The notes beneath the pieces are model-generated. The model was not told the DNA's origin. It ran no database searches and was given only the letters and a program-made list of their open reading frames with translations. Below, piece after piece: positions 38,013 through 53,559 of a stretch of DNA of 64,000 nt; position 1 is the first letter of the stretch, and each line of letters opens with the position of its first letter. Made by a program: the position numbers and the translations under genes. Source of the stretch: Octopus vulgaris (lineage: Eukaryota); contig OX597816.1 in the NCBI GenBank assembly GCA_951406725.2, forward strand, positions 32,302,001-32,366,000, written 5' to 3'.

Positions 38013-40959
38013 CACGACTACTAATGCTACTACTACTACTTTTCCTAGTCTTACCAGAAGTAGTAGTGATAATAATGATAATTATAATAACGATGCCGAA
38101 AACGATAATGATGATAATAAGAATAGTAATAACAATATCACGAACGATTCACCTAATACAACCTAATCCTACTCCTTTAGCTTGTCCACTATTAGAGTTA
38201 CCCTCTTCTCTCTCTCTCCAACTAACCATCGTAGAGTGATAGTTGCAATTCAGATCTTGAACAGACCGCCCACTGCAAGGACGTATTCCAATGCACCGTT
38301 CACAACATAGTAAATAACTGCATTAGCTACTACTTAAATTAAGAATTTTAAGGAAAGATATTCACATTTAAACTCTCTAAATAAAAAGGAGAATAGCAAT
38401 TCCACATCACTAGCCATGTGCGTACACTATCTAATTATGCAATATAGACTCTCCTGGGGTATAATAGATTTTAAACCCATACCTCACAACAATAGCTTAA
38501 CAAACACAAAGAAGCCTTCACCCTTTTAAAGTAATTTATAAATCCAAAAGTAAATTCACTCCTTACGAATAACACTTTCATACAAACCTCCATGATTGTT
38601 AAAACATGCCCTGTGTATCTCTTATATTAACCTTACTTCATCACTTTATAGGATAAATGTTAATTCTTTCATTCATTCTTATACCTTAACATATTATATG
38701 ACCTACACTTTATTCTAACTTTTATTCCTAAATAACTTTACATTCAACTGGTCTCTCTATTCACGGTTAATTGCATACCCATACCGCCATTAATAAAAAT
38801 ATTTCTAGAGCCACTGGCCTAAGCCATAAAACGGACACAAGCACTTACTGCTAGATTTCTTCCCCGAACGCTACAGTCTAGAAGAATACCCCTGGCACCT
38901 ACTGTTCTCTTTGAAATCCTCCCATTCTAATTATTTATTTATTTTTACGTCATCTTCATTTATCTCCTCCTCATATCACCTTACTTACCCTTATATATTT
39001 ATTCATATATTCATCCTCTTGCTAAGTTTCTCTACACTGTATTCTCATACACTAAATTCTTATATACCGTATCTTATCCTTAATGTCATTCCTCAATATC
39101 TTCTCTCAATCACACTACCTCCCTTTTTATTTATTTTCTTCTTTCTTTCTACCATTTAATAGCCAACTCCGCTACCATTCCGTTACTAAACGTTGATACG
39201 TTCGATTCTATTTCTGGATATTTACGGTATTAGGACTTTAGCGTGCATGGATTTACACAGGTTTGCACCTACGATTTACGGATTTATTTCTACATGATCG
39301 GAAATTTGAACTGTGATCTTTTATGTTCTTTTTGTTGTCTTTCTGAATCCCTTCATCCCTTTCTTCCTGTTCTCTGTGTCGTCATCTCATTAACCCATAA
39401 CCTAATTTTCCCTATATGCCTCCAATGACGGAATATCCCATACTTTTGCTGGGATATCCCACGAACAGTAAGCTTGAAAGTTTCCAATAATATTAACGCA
39501 TATGATTTGAGAAGCTTGTCTTGCCTTCAGGTTTGTTGACCGCTTTAACAATTATATATCCGCTATATCGCAAATCTACAATGGCTTCAAAATTACTATC
39601 TCGGCTATAACCTTGGATCCCTAGCAATCTGTGGAGCACTTACCTAGCGTACCTAGTCACTTAGATCACACGTGAGCTAAAGTCCCATACTTTGTATGTA
39701 TATGTGTGTGTGTGTGCGTATGTATGCATGCTTAGAGATGCATACATGCATGACCTAACCCTCAACTGCTTTACTCCCGCCGGGGAAACCTACTAGCACC
39801 AGTCTGGGTTCGCGATGAGAACGAGAATAGGCCCCAATTACGCCAACCACTTAATAGAATATTTGCTTATTTACATGCATTAACTTTTTCGTTTGCCTTG
39901 TCTATTTACGCTCCCTACTCACCGGGGCCTCGATTTAATGAATTTTCTTCTTGTGCATAAATGGGCGAGAAAATGCAGTGATAAATAACATTTAAATAAA
40001 GCGTATTTTGTGAAGAAAACAGAGCTACTATCTCATTTCTAAACAGAACCCTAATATTACAAGCTTGCATTTTTCTTATAGTAATTAATACGTCGACTTT
40101 CTTAGGATAATGTTATAATTACCACCTAGCAACATTAATTTGCAGACATTTAATTATTATTTTATTATTAATTATGATAGTAATTTCCAAACATAGAGAA
40201 ACATTATTATAAGTGTAACAGATAGAGATAATACGTGCACGATATTAACTACCAATTTTAATTTACTTTATATCAGTTTAAGTAGCAAATACGCGAATGT
40301 GAGGCGTCTAATCGCTGCGATTCATTTATAACCCTTTATCTGACCTGAGCTAATATTTTCACAGAAGAAAGTCGGAGACACTTTACTGTTATCTTGAGAA
40401 CAAATATTTGCTTCGCAATACTCTTGTTCCTCATTGGATGCGTTTTCCTCATTTACCAACTAAATTCTGTACACAATCGGGTCCATCTAAGACAAGAAAA
40501 TTATAAAAGCAAAACATGTTTCAGGGGTGGGATAATCTGCAGTCATTCGTAGAAAATAAATCCTAGTCTTTTGGCGCGGTATTATAGCAGAAAGCACAAA
40601 ATTAGAATCCAGCATACCGTACATTATTTCATTCGATATCAGTATTTTCCCTGATTTCGAAAGCTCTGTCTTGTCACTTGTGACATAACATTCTTATACG
40701 GTGTGTGTTCGTTTGTGTCCATATAGAGTTGCAGTGAGGCAAAAGAGACAATATAAGAAACATGCATTGAGGTTAAATGGTTTCACTAAAATGCTTCAAT
40801 GTTCTGCCACCACATGACCGCGGTTTCATATATTTTGAACAACTAAAATTGATAAAAGTGTTAGTCTTACTATATCTGGACCAATCTTTGGTCGAAACAT
40901 ATCTAAGTTTATCTAAGTTTATATATATATATATATATATACATATCTCTCTCTCTCTA

Positions 40960-41046
<87 letters not shown>

Positions 41047-42086
41047 ATATGTGCCCATCTGTTCAAATTTCATAAAATGTTATGTCTTCCAGCATCTGAG
41101 GATTACACTGAATTTTAAATTGATCTAATGATTGCATTGTTCAATTAAATGAAGTTACATGAGACTATCATACTGTATTACCTCTGGATATCCTTGTTGC
41201 TTATTTTGATATATATACAAATGTGTGTTTGTGTGTGTGTGTGTCTGTATGTGTGTATAATGAATTTTATGTTGGTCCTGATTTGTAGGAAATACGACAC
41301 AACCTGTGGAGATTGTAAAATCTCAGGTAGATTATATTCTTCAGTCGTCATGGATGCCATATTATTTCTGAAGTTTAACAATGCAGAGACGACGTGTAGG
41401 ATTGTTGTGAATGTCACATTCCTCCATCCTTAACCTGCACACAGAGCAACGTATAGTCCTTCAGTATATTCAGTGTAGTTTGTCGAGCAAAGAATCACAG
41501 CGTAAATAGGTGTCTAGCGTTCTAATATCTCTGTTATTCAATCTCTAATACAATCGTGTGTATTTTCATTTGTCGACATGATATCAAATTATCAAAGACG
41601 ATTAAAACAAAACGAAAGCAAACAACATGAACATCTTGGACACAGATGTCACGTACGAAGACATTAATATTTAATGTATACGTCTGCATACGCATCAGCT
41701 AAAATAACCCATTAGAATAAAATGTATTATTTTTAAAAAATAAAACTTATTTGATAACTGTAGTTTCTGACAGTGAATTTACTGCTGTGTTTCTATACGT
41801 TTTAACATTCTGAATGATGGACAATATAACTGGAGATATTCGGAGTTCATGTCATTGAAATATTATATTTATATGAGAAACTATAGGCTCAGCTGCTGTA
41901 ACAAATCCACGTAAGGAAATAGGTGACAGAGAGGATACAATATATCTTCAAGTGTAATCAATGATGTTAAGAGGTGAATAGTAGGCGAGAAAAATGGAGA
42001 AAAATGAAGTCATATTATACATATAAACATACATACTTACATATATATGCATGTATATATATATGTGTATATACATACATATATAC

Positions 42087-42118
<32 letters not shown>

Positions 42119-42146
42119 ACATATATATATATATGCATATATATAT

Positions 42147-42193
<47 letters not shown>

Positions 42194-42237
42194 TGTATGT
42201 ATATATATGCATATATATATACATATGTATATGTATG

Positions 42238-42288
<51 letters not shown>

Positions 42289-42385
42289 TATGTATATATA
42301 TTCATATATATATGTATATATATGTATATATATATATACGTATGTATATATATGCATCTCTCCCTCTCTCTACTCTATCTATCTA

Positions 42386-42425
<40 letters not shown>

Positions 42426-43059
42426 GACAACATACTTGTTTTACAATCACACCTTAATACAAATTCAATTTAAGGAGTTTTGTCATAGTATAAAAATATG
42501 ATAACGGAGCGAATTCCCACATATACATATTTATCACTCAGCAAATATAGTGCGGTGTGAGAAATAAATATAGTTTGAAAAACAATAAAAAAAGAAATAG
42601 ATTAACCATAGGTATGATTAAAGGAAACATCATAGAAATGTTGGACAAGGTATGTCATTGGTAGAGTTACTGATTTCCCATGTGTCTCCTTCTGTGGCTA
42701 CAGATTGTTGCGTGAAAACAGGTTAATCTCTCAGTTGCAACAACGACGCATTGTGAAATTCCGTGTCAATCTAAAATCAATCTTTAGAACTTCCATCGAT
42801 ACGAAAAGATTTGTGAAGTAAATTTTGTCGAAGCATTGAAACTTTCGTTGGGAAAACCTATATCAATATAGCAATACGGAAATTTTAGCATGTAAGAAAA
42901 CGAATATTATTATGATTATTACTAACACTGTTGTCCTAGTCGCAGTCGCTATCACCACCATGTTCATCCGCATCGTATCTTCCTCCTTCACACCCTCCCT
43001 ATCTGCCCCCACCTTCTCCCCCTCCTCCTTCTCATTATTATTACTACTATTATTATTAC

Positions 43060-43133
<74 letters not shown>

Positions 43134-45684
43134 TGTTGTTGGTGTTATTGTTGTTGCTATCGTTATTATTATTATTATTATCATTATCATTACATTCTGT
43201 TGATATATATACCCATGCCTAGATGCCCCTTGTAATGCGTTCTCATTTCTTCTGATGCTAACATTATGCAGACATTCCCTTTCAATGAGATATAGTTTTG
43301 CGTAGGTTAAGAGATTTCGAGAATGATTACGCATTCATACCTACACGCTTACACATATGTAAGCATCCACCCCCAACCATATATATATATATATATATAT
43401 AAACTTCATTATTTCCTCTCAGATATTTTTGAAAATATCCCGAAGCAAAAAATGCTATGCAATGTACATACAGGTTGTCACACACCCAGAGCACGCATAC
43501 ACACACACATAATCCCACATGTACATGCTCTTCACATTATAAATTGCATTCATATACATGCTCTTCAGATTATAAATTGCATTCATGTACAAGAAACATA
43601 TATATATATATAATTCTAACTGGTGAGTTATGAGCTGAGACGAATCATGCATTTGATGTATGATTTAATATATATAGGCTGTCTACAAACAGCGAGAATA
43701 TATCTTAATCATGCAGCATAAAAGAGACATGCACTCTTGAATAGAATTCCTTGGATAACTATGTTTCTGGTGGTTACTTATGTGTGTTGCTGACGAACTA
43801 AATGATATTTACGTGAGATACTGGAAACAGGTACTCGTTTGCAGCCGGTTAGCACGACGTGTGTTTCAGTTTTGTTAGTCAATGATACACCGTGCTCATG
43901 AAATTTTGGTGCAAATTATTGAGCATTCTACCGACGCGTAATCTTAATTTTTTTTTCTCAAGGAGATTCAGCTTGATTCAAAATGTGACAATGCTGGTCG
44001 TGTTTGTTACAGACACAACACATTTTCCCCGTTGAGTGATATGTAGAAACATAAGACGCCAAGGGGAATGGAACTCACACATGTACTGTGGTGGACCAAC
44101 TAACCCAAACTACTATTCCACGCGCCTTCATCATCTCAGGTGTACAGAAGGGAAAATAATGGGACCATTTACTATAACCTTGACAAAGGGCATGACATTA
44201 TGTCTCATTGGGTGCTATTAAAGAACCGAGCAACGGGGATTCCTCAACATTTATGCAATAATGTCACAAATAAATACATGAATAGCTCATGACTATACAA
44301 ACTGTTATCATGTTGAGCCTGTAATGACCCTAGGTTTGAATCCTGAATACTGGATATTAAAATAGGCTACAGAACATTTTTAAATACTAACCTTAGGTAT
44401 ATTATGATTTCAAGAGATTTGGAGATATAGTGTTCGATTATTGGTCGCTAAACTTAGATATAATTTAGATACATGAAATATGTAAATCGGAATCATTCTC
44501 TATATAGATAAGTAAATACGAATCATTCTTCATATAAAACAAGTTTTAGATTTAATGAATATTTCGTCTTGTTAGGTGTGTAGTATGCATTTTCATATAT
44601 GAACTCTAAGTATGGAAAACAATAACTATTGCCTCAATATTGCGAAAAGAGATACTACACTGATATTTACCAAGTAAGTTCAGAAATTGCAAATTGTGTG
44701 ATATATAATTAAAAATCCTTCTTATGCAAACGATTTGAAATTTTTAATCTATTGGTAGGTATTCATTTAGGCTTCAGTGTATGTAATGTATAGATACACA
44801 GACATACAGGCAATCAAACCCTACCAACCAACACACATTCGCACACATATACGTATCTATCAATCAATCTATCTATCTATCTGTCTATCTACCTATATAT
44901 ATATATATGCGTGTGTGTGTGTGTGTGTGTGTATGTATATATGTATATGTGCGTGTGTATACACACGTAGGTGTGAGTAATTGTGTATGTATATCTGTCT
45001 ATAAATATGTGTGCGTTGCATAAATAATGATAGATAATTTAATGGAACGATGCGATGCATAATGGATAGACTTTAAAATAAATGTTCTTAAGATTAATCA
45101 CTACGTATTATTTCAAATCATTTCTAAACAAATATGAATTACAAACTAATTAAAACTGTCAACAGTAAACATGAGATGTATTATTAAACATATCATCGTA
45201 TAAGAATAAAATATAAATTGTGCACGTTTGGAGTGTGTTGTTTGAAAAGTTCCGTATTTCTATAAATATTTATAATTTTCTTTCATATTAGATAATTTTG
45301 AAGCGTATATATTTGTGTACGTGATGGTATAAACATAAACATGTCAGTGCGCTGTGATGTCTCATTAATTAGATACAAATGAAAATGGCTGAAAAAGAAA
45401 TACATTATTTGTTGAAAATGTATATTGTATTTGTGTCACAATCACTAAAATGACTAAGCGTTGCATCTAAGTGTATTTTCAATACATATATATACATATA
45501 TATACACTGTCGCAGTAGTTGTCGCTGGAAGTATTGACGCATATTCGGTGTTAAACAAATAGAACTGTTTGGTTCGGTATTTTGTGCTAGTTGTTTCAAA
45601 TTGTCTACCTTTCCTCATTTTCGTTGCTATTTGTTTACATCCAACATCCGTATATTATTTTAGCACTTCTTAATATATATATAT

Positions 45685-45723
<39 letters not shown>

Positions 45724-45747
45724 CACACACACACACTCACATATATA

Positions 45748-47260
45748 CCAGCGGAAATGCCCGGCGTTGCTGGGTAATAGAGAATAATGAAATTTAGAAA
45801 CGCCGTCTTGATTACACAGTTCTCTACTGCTAGTAGCTGAGATACAAACATTCTGCATTAATAACTCTCCAATCCATGCCACTATAGAACATAGCCATTA
45901 AGTGGAATGCTAACAGAACGATTTCAACACATATATGTATATAGAGTAAATACACGTAATTCAAAAATACCTTTTGCGTACCATATTTTGTAACCAAATT
46001 CAGGTGGAAATTATAAACAATTAATGGCCGCTTTTGGTAATTCACTACGCAGAGGTATTAGAGAGCCTATCCCATGATAAATCGGACCTTGGATTTTCAA
46101 AGTTTGTTATGCAGCGTTGTATTGTCTAATTTGGTTTTGGAAATGTTTGGAATTTTTGTCAGTTGGTGACAATAGTTTCTTCAATGACTATGGAGGTTGG
46201 AGATTGCAGGGAATGTAACCTATCCTCTACTACAGTACAGGGCAGGTATCTCTCGCTGTCACGTACTTAATTCAAAGCGTATGCAATCAATTGTCATTGC
46301 AGCAATGTAAACTCTAGTGTCATCTTCATAATGACGTGCTGGATCATAATTGAAGGCTGCATCATAGAAGTTGCTTCTCTGAGCTGTTGACGTCAACAAC
46401 ATGTGTCTTTTGCCTGAGGACGTTCTGCAGTGGACATCCTATTCCTTTTCAACTGTGCATACTTCTGTTCATTAGTTTGACATGCTCTGGCTTTTGTATT
46501 GTACAGCCTGTTCGTTTCCTTGCATGCTTCTCTTACTGCAGCTGTCTCTATTTCCCTGGACCGAGGCATTATTTTGGCTGTCCTTGACAATATAGATAAA
46601 TTTGAAACTTTCCTTCTGGGAATACTTATATGTACTTACAGAAATACACGTGTGTAGAAGATAGTAAGCAATGAAAATAACTGGGTAACGGGAATTATAG
46701 TTCTTAATACGACGGGCAGAAAGTCAATAAGAAAATTTTAGGGAAAATAAAAAAAATATTGTACCGGTTGAAGCAAAATTTGTCAGTGACGCAAAGGGCC
46801 AGTATGGAAAGAAACAGAAAAATAGCCGTTAACAAGAGAAAAGCACAAAACTTTTGCAAAAATAAATAAGAAAGTTTAGGGAAATTAACTAAGTATACGA
46901 ATTTAAGTGAAATTTTTAAAGTTACGTCTGTGAGAAAAGTATGTACTTACTTTGATCAATAATTCAGTCAACAATAAAACAACGCAAAACGTTGCAAAAG
47001 TAAACAAGGAATGTGTAGACAAATTTAACGAAGTGTACGAATTGAAGTTACATTTATGAAGTTAATTCTGTCTGTAAATTAGGCATGAAGTTAATTTCAT
47101 CAGTGATTGTGAACTTCTTTCTCTCATTAATTTGTCGTTCTTGTTTGTAAATAGTGATTGAAAACTTGCAATGAAAACAATAGCGATTAAACTTAAACTG
47201 AAAGCAATAGCGTCTGAGAAATGAAAGTGAAAAAATAGAGAGTGAAAAACAAATAAGGAG
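45748..47260 (-). mobile_element. Internally deleted Helitron
   Basis: 3' end cccagcaacgccggg hairpin followed by CTGG-T at 45748. RepHel N-terminal remnants: AAFNYDPARHYED, SKHFQNQIRQYNAA and LKIQGPIYHGIGSLIP (about 46040-46370), with an E/R-rich segment upstream. The 5' boundary is approximate. Confidence 0.8.
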
Positions 47261-47263
47261 AAG

Positions 47264-47294
<31 letters not shown>

Positions 47295-47446
47295 ATCTAG
47301 GTAGACAAATAAGATAGATATAGATACATAGATAAAAGCTGAGTAATGGATAGACATAGAGATAGAGATGGATAGAGAGATTTATGTGTGTGTATATGTG
47401 GAGAGACAGAGTGAGAGAGAGAGAGTGTGTAGGGGAACATCCCAAA

Positions 47447-48130
47447 TATGAGGTTTCCAAAAATATTTAGAAATCACAGAAACATTTATTGTCAATGATG
47501 TAAACATCATTTTAAAGTTTGAAAACTTATCTATTTTTTACTTAATCGTAATTTCAGTTGATGTATTATGTAGGTGCTGGGGCAGTTTTGTATGCCTGTG
47601 TGATACCAGCTCGTCGCTATGCCGTCGAGGAAGCGTTGAACCTCATTTTTCACTCGTCGTAGTTACTGAAGCGCGTGGCGATCAAACGTTCTTTCAACTT
47701 AGGCGGCACGTGGAAGTCACTGGGTGCCAAGTTCGGACAATAAGTTGGATTGCCATTTATGGTCTTCTGTGAGCATTCATGGGAACCATCTTGCGCACAC
47801 ATTCCGATAGTGCAACTATATACTCAAAAGCCTATCCATGGTGCTGTGGGAAACCTCGGGAACCAAAATGCGGACATAATCCAGTGTGATACGCCGATTT
47901 TCACACAGAATTTTCACAACATTCTAAACTGTCTCGTGAAAAATTAATGGTTGCTCGCTTCTTGGTACATCATGAATTTCTGTACATTGCGTCATATACT
48001 TCCGTTAATTGGTAATGAATTTCAATTGATTTAATGACATTTGCGTTCAAAAACCGAAAACGTGCGCGAATTCACACTTTGCAACACCGTCAATCGAGAG
48101 CACCATCAAATACCATGCCATGCTAAGATT
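47447..48130 (-). mobile_element. Internally deleted mariner
   Basis: ENRRIT and YRNVCARWFP*MLTEDHK (WVPxxL motif) are joined directly, at about 47750, to PTYCPNLAPSDFH (YSPDLAPSD motif), so the first two catalytic Asp regions are missing. TIRs not confidently paired. Confidence 0.8.
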
Positions 48131-48291
48131 GAACGTGGCAGGGAGGCGCGGGCAGAGGCAGAGGCAGGTGCCTGCACAACAAACACAACAGTGTTGCCAA
48201 TGGCCGCATGCACTGTTTCCCACGTCCCCAGCACCTTTGAAACTTTACATTTACAATTACTCTTCTATACACACACACACATAATACATAC

Positions 48292-48338
<47 letters not shown>

Positions 48339-48378
48339 CTATCTATCTATCTATCTATATCTATATATCTATAACTAT

Positions 48379-48419
<41 letters not shown>

Positions 48420-48426
48420 TAGATAG

Positions 48427-48486
<60 letters not shown>

Positions 48487-48492
48487 ATATCT

Positions 48493-48535
<43 letters not shown>

Positions 48536-48571
48536 ATAGATATATCAATATAGATATAGATATTGATAGAT

Positions 48572-48734
48572 AGGCGCAGGAGTGGCTGTTTGGTAAGTAG
48601 CTTGCTAACCAACCACATGGTTCCGGGTTCAGTCCCACTGCGTGGCATCTTGGGCAAGTGTCTTCTGCTATAGCCCCGGGCCGACCAATGCCTTGTGAGT
48701 GGATTTGGTAGACGGAAACGGAAAGAAGCCTGTC

Positions 48735-48736
<2 letters not shown>
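48572..48736 (+). mobile_element. SINE family A, 5' half only
   Basis: aggcgcaggagtggctgtttgg...ggttcagtccc...gaagcctgtcgtata, ending in (TA)n. Confidence 0.85.
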
Positions 48737-48800
<64 letters not shown>

Positions 48801-48999
48801 ATGCATACATAAAATGTCGGAAATTAACCCTCTTCCAATCCCTGTAAACAAAAACGAAAACGTGATCGGTGTACGACCACCTCGTAATTTCGCAGCTAGC
48901 GAGATTCCAACACATTCCATATTGACTGCCAGCCAAATAACCTATTCGGCTCAAGTATCTGACTACTGCCCCCATATAAGACTATAGTAAATAGTAGGC

Positions 49000-51135
49000 A
49001 CAACTACAACGATTATTTTCGTACAAGAGGTAGTCAGGATCATTTATTGGTTTATTATGCCATTAGTGAAATTTTCAAGAGAAAAATAACTTTAGTTTCA
49101 AGTACTCTCTCGAGGAGAGATTATTCGCTGCCACAGTAAGAAAAGGTCCATCAGATATAATACTAACAGCTGTTAACAAAATTGGTGATGAGTATTTACA
49201 GCTGTGTGATGGACCCATATTCTGGCAGATTAGCTCCTGTCTATATGCTCTGGCTAATACTGCAATGCAGTGCATGTATGACTTTTATGAAATATACAAA
49301 CCTGAAACAACAAAGAAACCCTCGTTCTGGGTTTTGAAGACAGAGAAAAAGATAACTGGTTTTCGGAAGACTATCATCCATGCAATAATGATTATTACGT
49401 GCAAACGAGCAAATGCCCATAGGTCTCACCAACAGAAATCAAATAATGAGATAGAAATGATGTTTGGAGATAGCAAAAATGAGACACTCACAAACTACCC
49501 TCAAGCAGAAGCTAAACGTTTTCAGTGAAAAATTGCGACATCAGAAGAGTATAACCGAGAGAAAAACAAAAACAAAAAAAATGTTAACCGCAACACGGCA
49601 GCAGTATACTGAGACATGAGAAGAGGAGCATTGAACATCACACAAGCTCTATCATGAGAAGACATAGAGTGCTTCTGGAGGAAAATCTGGATTGAAGAGG
49701 TGGTTAACCAAGATACGTTCTGGTTAGAAGAAATCCGTAATTGTTCTTGGGTTACACCCAAGACAAACGAGACTGATTATGCAGCTCTTGCTACTCTTAT
49801 CCAGAAATTCCAGAATAAGAGACTTGATATTTGGACATTGATACCTGAACCTAACCTTCTACCAATCGCATCTTATTGATCTGTAAAAGCAAGCTCTAAA
49901 TGGGAAAAGCAGCATACCAATATGTTCGGTTTGCCAGAGGCAAAATTAATCCCCATATGCAGAACCACCCACATGGAAAACACTACCGGCCAATATCATG
50001 CCACAACTGAATGTATAACATATATAGGACATGCTTGAAACTCATCATCCCTTACCGTTGTGAAACGAATAAAAGTATCACAGCAGAACAAGCACCTACG
50101 AAAAAGAGTAGCTACTGTAACGTGTCATCAGATGACAAGAGACCCTATGCCAGAAGAAAAGTATTTATTGATATGTTAGTAGAACACTCTTGATAGTAAC
50201 ATTGGACATTAGACCGGTATATCAAATACCAATAGCCGCATTACTACCACCCAATTTGAGGGGTATGCATTTGTAATGAGGAACAGGAAATATCAAACAA
50301 GTATCTGATGGACAAAAGGGATAGCGATGCAGGAAAAGCAGTAAAATATGATGACCAAAGCTATCGTCCACATCATAGGCAGGTAACCGAAAATATCATC
50401 ACGGTATAATCTACTGATGAGACACGACGTTTTAGCCAAGACACTCTCTAAAGAAATCCGTCGGAAGGATAATATCGAGTACAATGAAATCAGAACCCAC
50501 GTTATAGTAGAAGCCACATAATATAAAGGAACGCTCATAATAAAAAGGAATACTGGTGGAATTTCCCCGAGAAGACCTCAATTAAATATAAGCACAGAAT
50601 ACCTGATATTATGATTTGAGATAGAGGAGAGATAATGTGTAGAGTTGTGGAAATCGGCTGCCCAGTGTATGTTAACAGAAAGCTGAAGATCAGTAAAAAT
50701 GAGCACACATACGCTGAACTATTGAGAAAACTGCATTTACTCTACCCAGATTACAAATTCAGGTTTATATTTGTAATTATAGGAGTGCTTAGATAGGTAA
50801 CAACTTGCCTAATTGCCAATCTCGAGGAAGTATGTTTCTCAAACCAGAAAAGAGAAAGCTCATTCGAAGAATACAGATACGATCTGTCACTGGAACTGTA
50901 AAAATCTATAAAACTTTCCAAAATTTTATCATTTAAATATTTATGAGCTTGTCTAGATAGGCATCTATATCCATGAGAATACACACATAAAACAAAGCAT
51001 ATAAATATTCACATATACATTCATACATATAACAAGGCTCTATTGTTGATGTTCAAATTCCAGTGAAGGAGAATTGGATCTAGGTTATAAACGGCCCCTT
51101 TCTCTATTAGCAAGAAATCTTGAATTAAAATTAAC
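49000..51135 (+). mobile_element. Decayed R4/Dong-type non-LTR retrotransposon (RLE endonuclease)
   Basis: HYRPISC (about 49981), EGYAFV, IVHII..MRHDV (CCHC/RHD region) and HRIPDIMI*DR..CRVVEIGCP..(PD-D/E RLE motif). Most of the RT core appears deleted; boundaries approximate. Confidence 0.7.
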
Positions 51136-52640
51136 AATGTCATACATACATATCTCTACATATACACACGTGAACGTTGGTACGCTGGGGCGATGGTGTT
51201 GCGCTATGTTCTCTCGATCACAGATTCTATCGCATTCACGAAACGGCGAGTGCTTTTTCTACATGTGCAAAGATCTTTGATTTACATTAAACCCCATCCA
51301 GGTTGTAGTATATAAGTAAACTTATGGCCGATTACCGTTCTTGGAAAGAATATTCCGGCTGGAGCTGCTCACATTGCCAGTGATTAAGAAGTACACGAAG
51401 GCCAAAGTGATGCTTAGAGTATTGTGACTAGTATCATATAACAACTTGCTTCCCTGCTTTTGTATATCGTTCAATCATATTGATTGTTTGGACAACTGTG
51501 TATTTTATGACAGATTTCCACCGGCCGATTGTGAATTATGTATTTATCTTTATGTGGATGTTTTGGTATATAGGTATTTTTGTGTGGAGGGGACGTGCTT
51601 GTGTGGGAGTGTGTGGATGTGTTTGGGGGTGTATGTATATGCGTGTAAAGTTAGAGAGTATCAGAAAAGAAATGTAAAAGAAAATGAAACTCAGAATTAT
51701 ATTTAACCAAATAAACTGCATACATCAGGAAGATTAAACGTTTTACAATGCAAAAATATTCATGGTTCATAAAATGTTTATAAATAGAATCAGTGTTACA
51801 GATTACGAATTGAGCAGTTCTGAATGCGTATCAGTGTTACGTGTGAATACATGTGTCTGTTAATTATGTATATTAGGAACGTTTGCCACCTCCCGAGAAT
51901 AATTATATAGGGGAAAATGGAATTATTTATGCAGAAGATAAATTCAGTCTAAACCTATAGTTACGTAATCTTATTATATTTAGTTTAATAACGGTTTTAT
52001 GATAGCCAACACTAACAATGTAAATGCGAAAAGTGCATAGTTACTTTATCCTGCATATTGTAGTTATTACCTGATTACGAATAGTTGATGGTGCTAGAAA
52101 TAGAAATCTAAATACGCCGAAATATATATTTAATACGGTTCTTTTTTTTAATTTCACGTTAACATTTTTAGAGTTTCTTTGCTTTTTGTGCTTAATTTAA
52201 CGCTATCTTATAATTCTACCGATCTTATCAAATGGTGAACAATATGAAAAAAGATAAACTTTAATACGCAGATCTTCAGCGCAAATGTATAAAGATGCAT
52301 ATCACTTAGAATTTGTAACTAAGTCTCAAATTCAGGTAAGCATTTCAAATCATTCAACCAAAACAGTATAAAGTAGATTATATTTCGAATATACCTATAA
52401 CACATAAATGCACCACATATTCGCACAGCTTCTTTGTAGGAACCTACACATTCCTGCTGAAATAGGTCATTGATTCAGAGGCTATACAATTTAAAGACAG
52501 GTTCATACACAATTCGATTAAAATATTCAACACCATTTGAAACCAACACCTGCTTTAATACCGAAGAAGGCATTAATTCGTGTGATAGATGAGATAATAA
52601 AATAGAAATAAATTTATTCATGTTATTCAAATTTATTCAT

Positions 52641-52803
52641 AGGCACAGTAGTGGCTGTGTGGTAAATAGCTTGCTTACCAACCACATGGTTCGGGTTCAG
52701 TCCCATGAGTGGTATCTTGAACACGTGTCTTATATTATAGCATCGGGCCGACCAAAGCCTTGTGAGTGGATTTGGTAGACGGAAACTGAAAGAAGCCCGT
52801 CGT
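52641..52803 (+). mobile_element. SINE family A, 5' half
   Basis: A/B boxes and body match 48572-48736. Confidence 0.85.
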
Positions 52804-53204
52804 ATATATGTATGTATATATATATATATATATATATATTATGTGAAATAGAAAGATGATATATATATATATATTAGTAGCAAAAATCACAGCAGTAAAA
52901 CAGCACGGTTGGAGGTACAACCATATGGTGTTGCAACCGTGCGTTGGTCGGATAATTGAAATTAGAACATTATTGGTGAATTGAAGAAATGGAGCTGAAC
53001 GCAGATTGAACAGAAATCGTTTTATTTCATTCTACATTTCGAAAGGCACAAATTACCAAAATCCGATGGAATAATGGGACCATATTGTGTCTTTCTCTTC
53101 AGAAGAAAATAGGAAATCCGTTGGAAAAACAAAAACAGAACAGAGGCGGAGCAAAAACAAATCGAACTATGCTCCTAGAGCATGGCGAAACTCTGAGTTT
53201 CGCC

Positions 53205-53256
<52 letters not shown>

Positions 53257-53470
53257 TTGTGTGCCTGTGCTTCTCCCCCTAGCATTGCTGGACAACCGAT
53301 CCTGGTGTGTTTACGTCACCGTCACTTAGCGGTTCGGCAAAAGCAACAAATAGAATAAGTACTGGGCTTACAAAAATAAGTCCTAGGGTCCATTTGCTCG
53401 ACTAAAGGCGGTGCTTCAGCTTGGCCGCAGTCAAATGACTGAAACAAGTAAAAAGAGTAAAAAAAAAGAG
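53205..53470 (+). mobile_element. SINE family A, 3' half
   Basis: (TG)n, then ccccctagcattgct...ggcggtgcttcagc...cagtcaaatgactgaaacaagtaaaaagag. Confidence 0.85.
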
Positions 53471-53559
53471 TATATTGATATTAATAATTATTATTATCCT
53501 CTTAATCCTACTGTGCTCAATAGTGACATTATATTTACCAGGAAATATTTAAACCTTTG

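Noticed and set aside
37821-38024. DDDDK repeats resembling a FLAG tag or vector contamination
   Set aside because: Arises from a (TAC)n-(GAC)n microsatellite with a 15-bp gacgacgacgacaag sub-period; no vector context.
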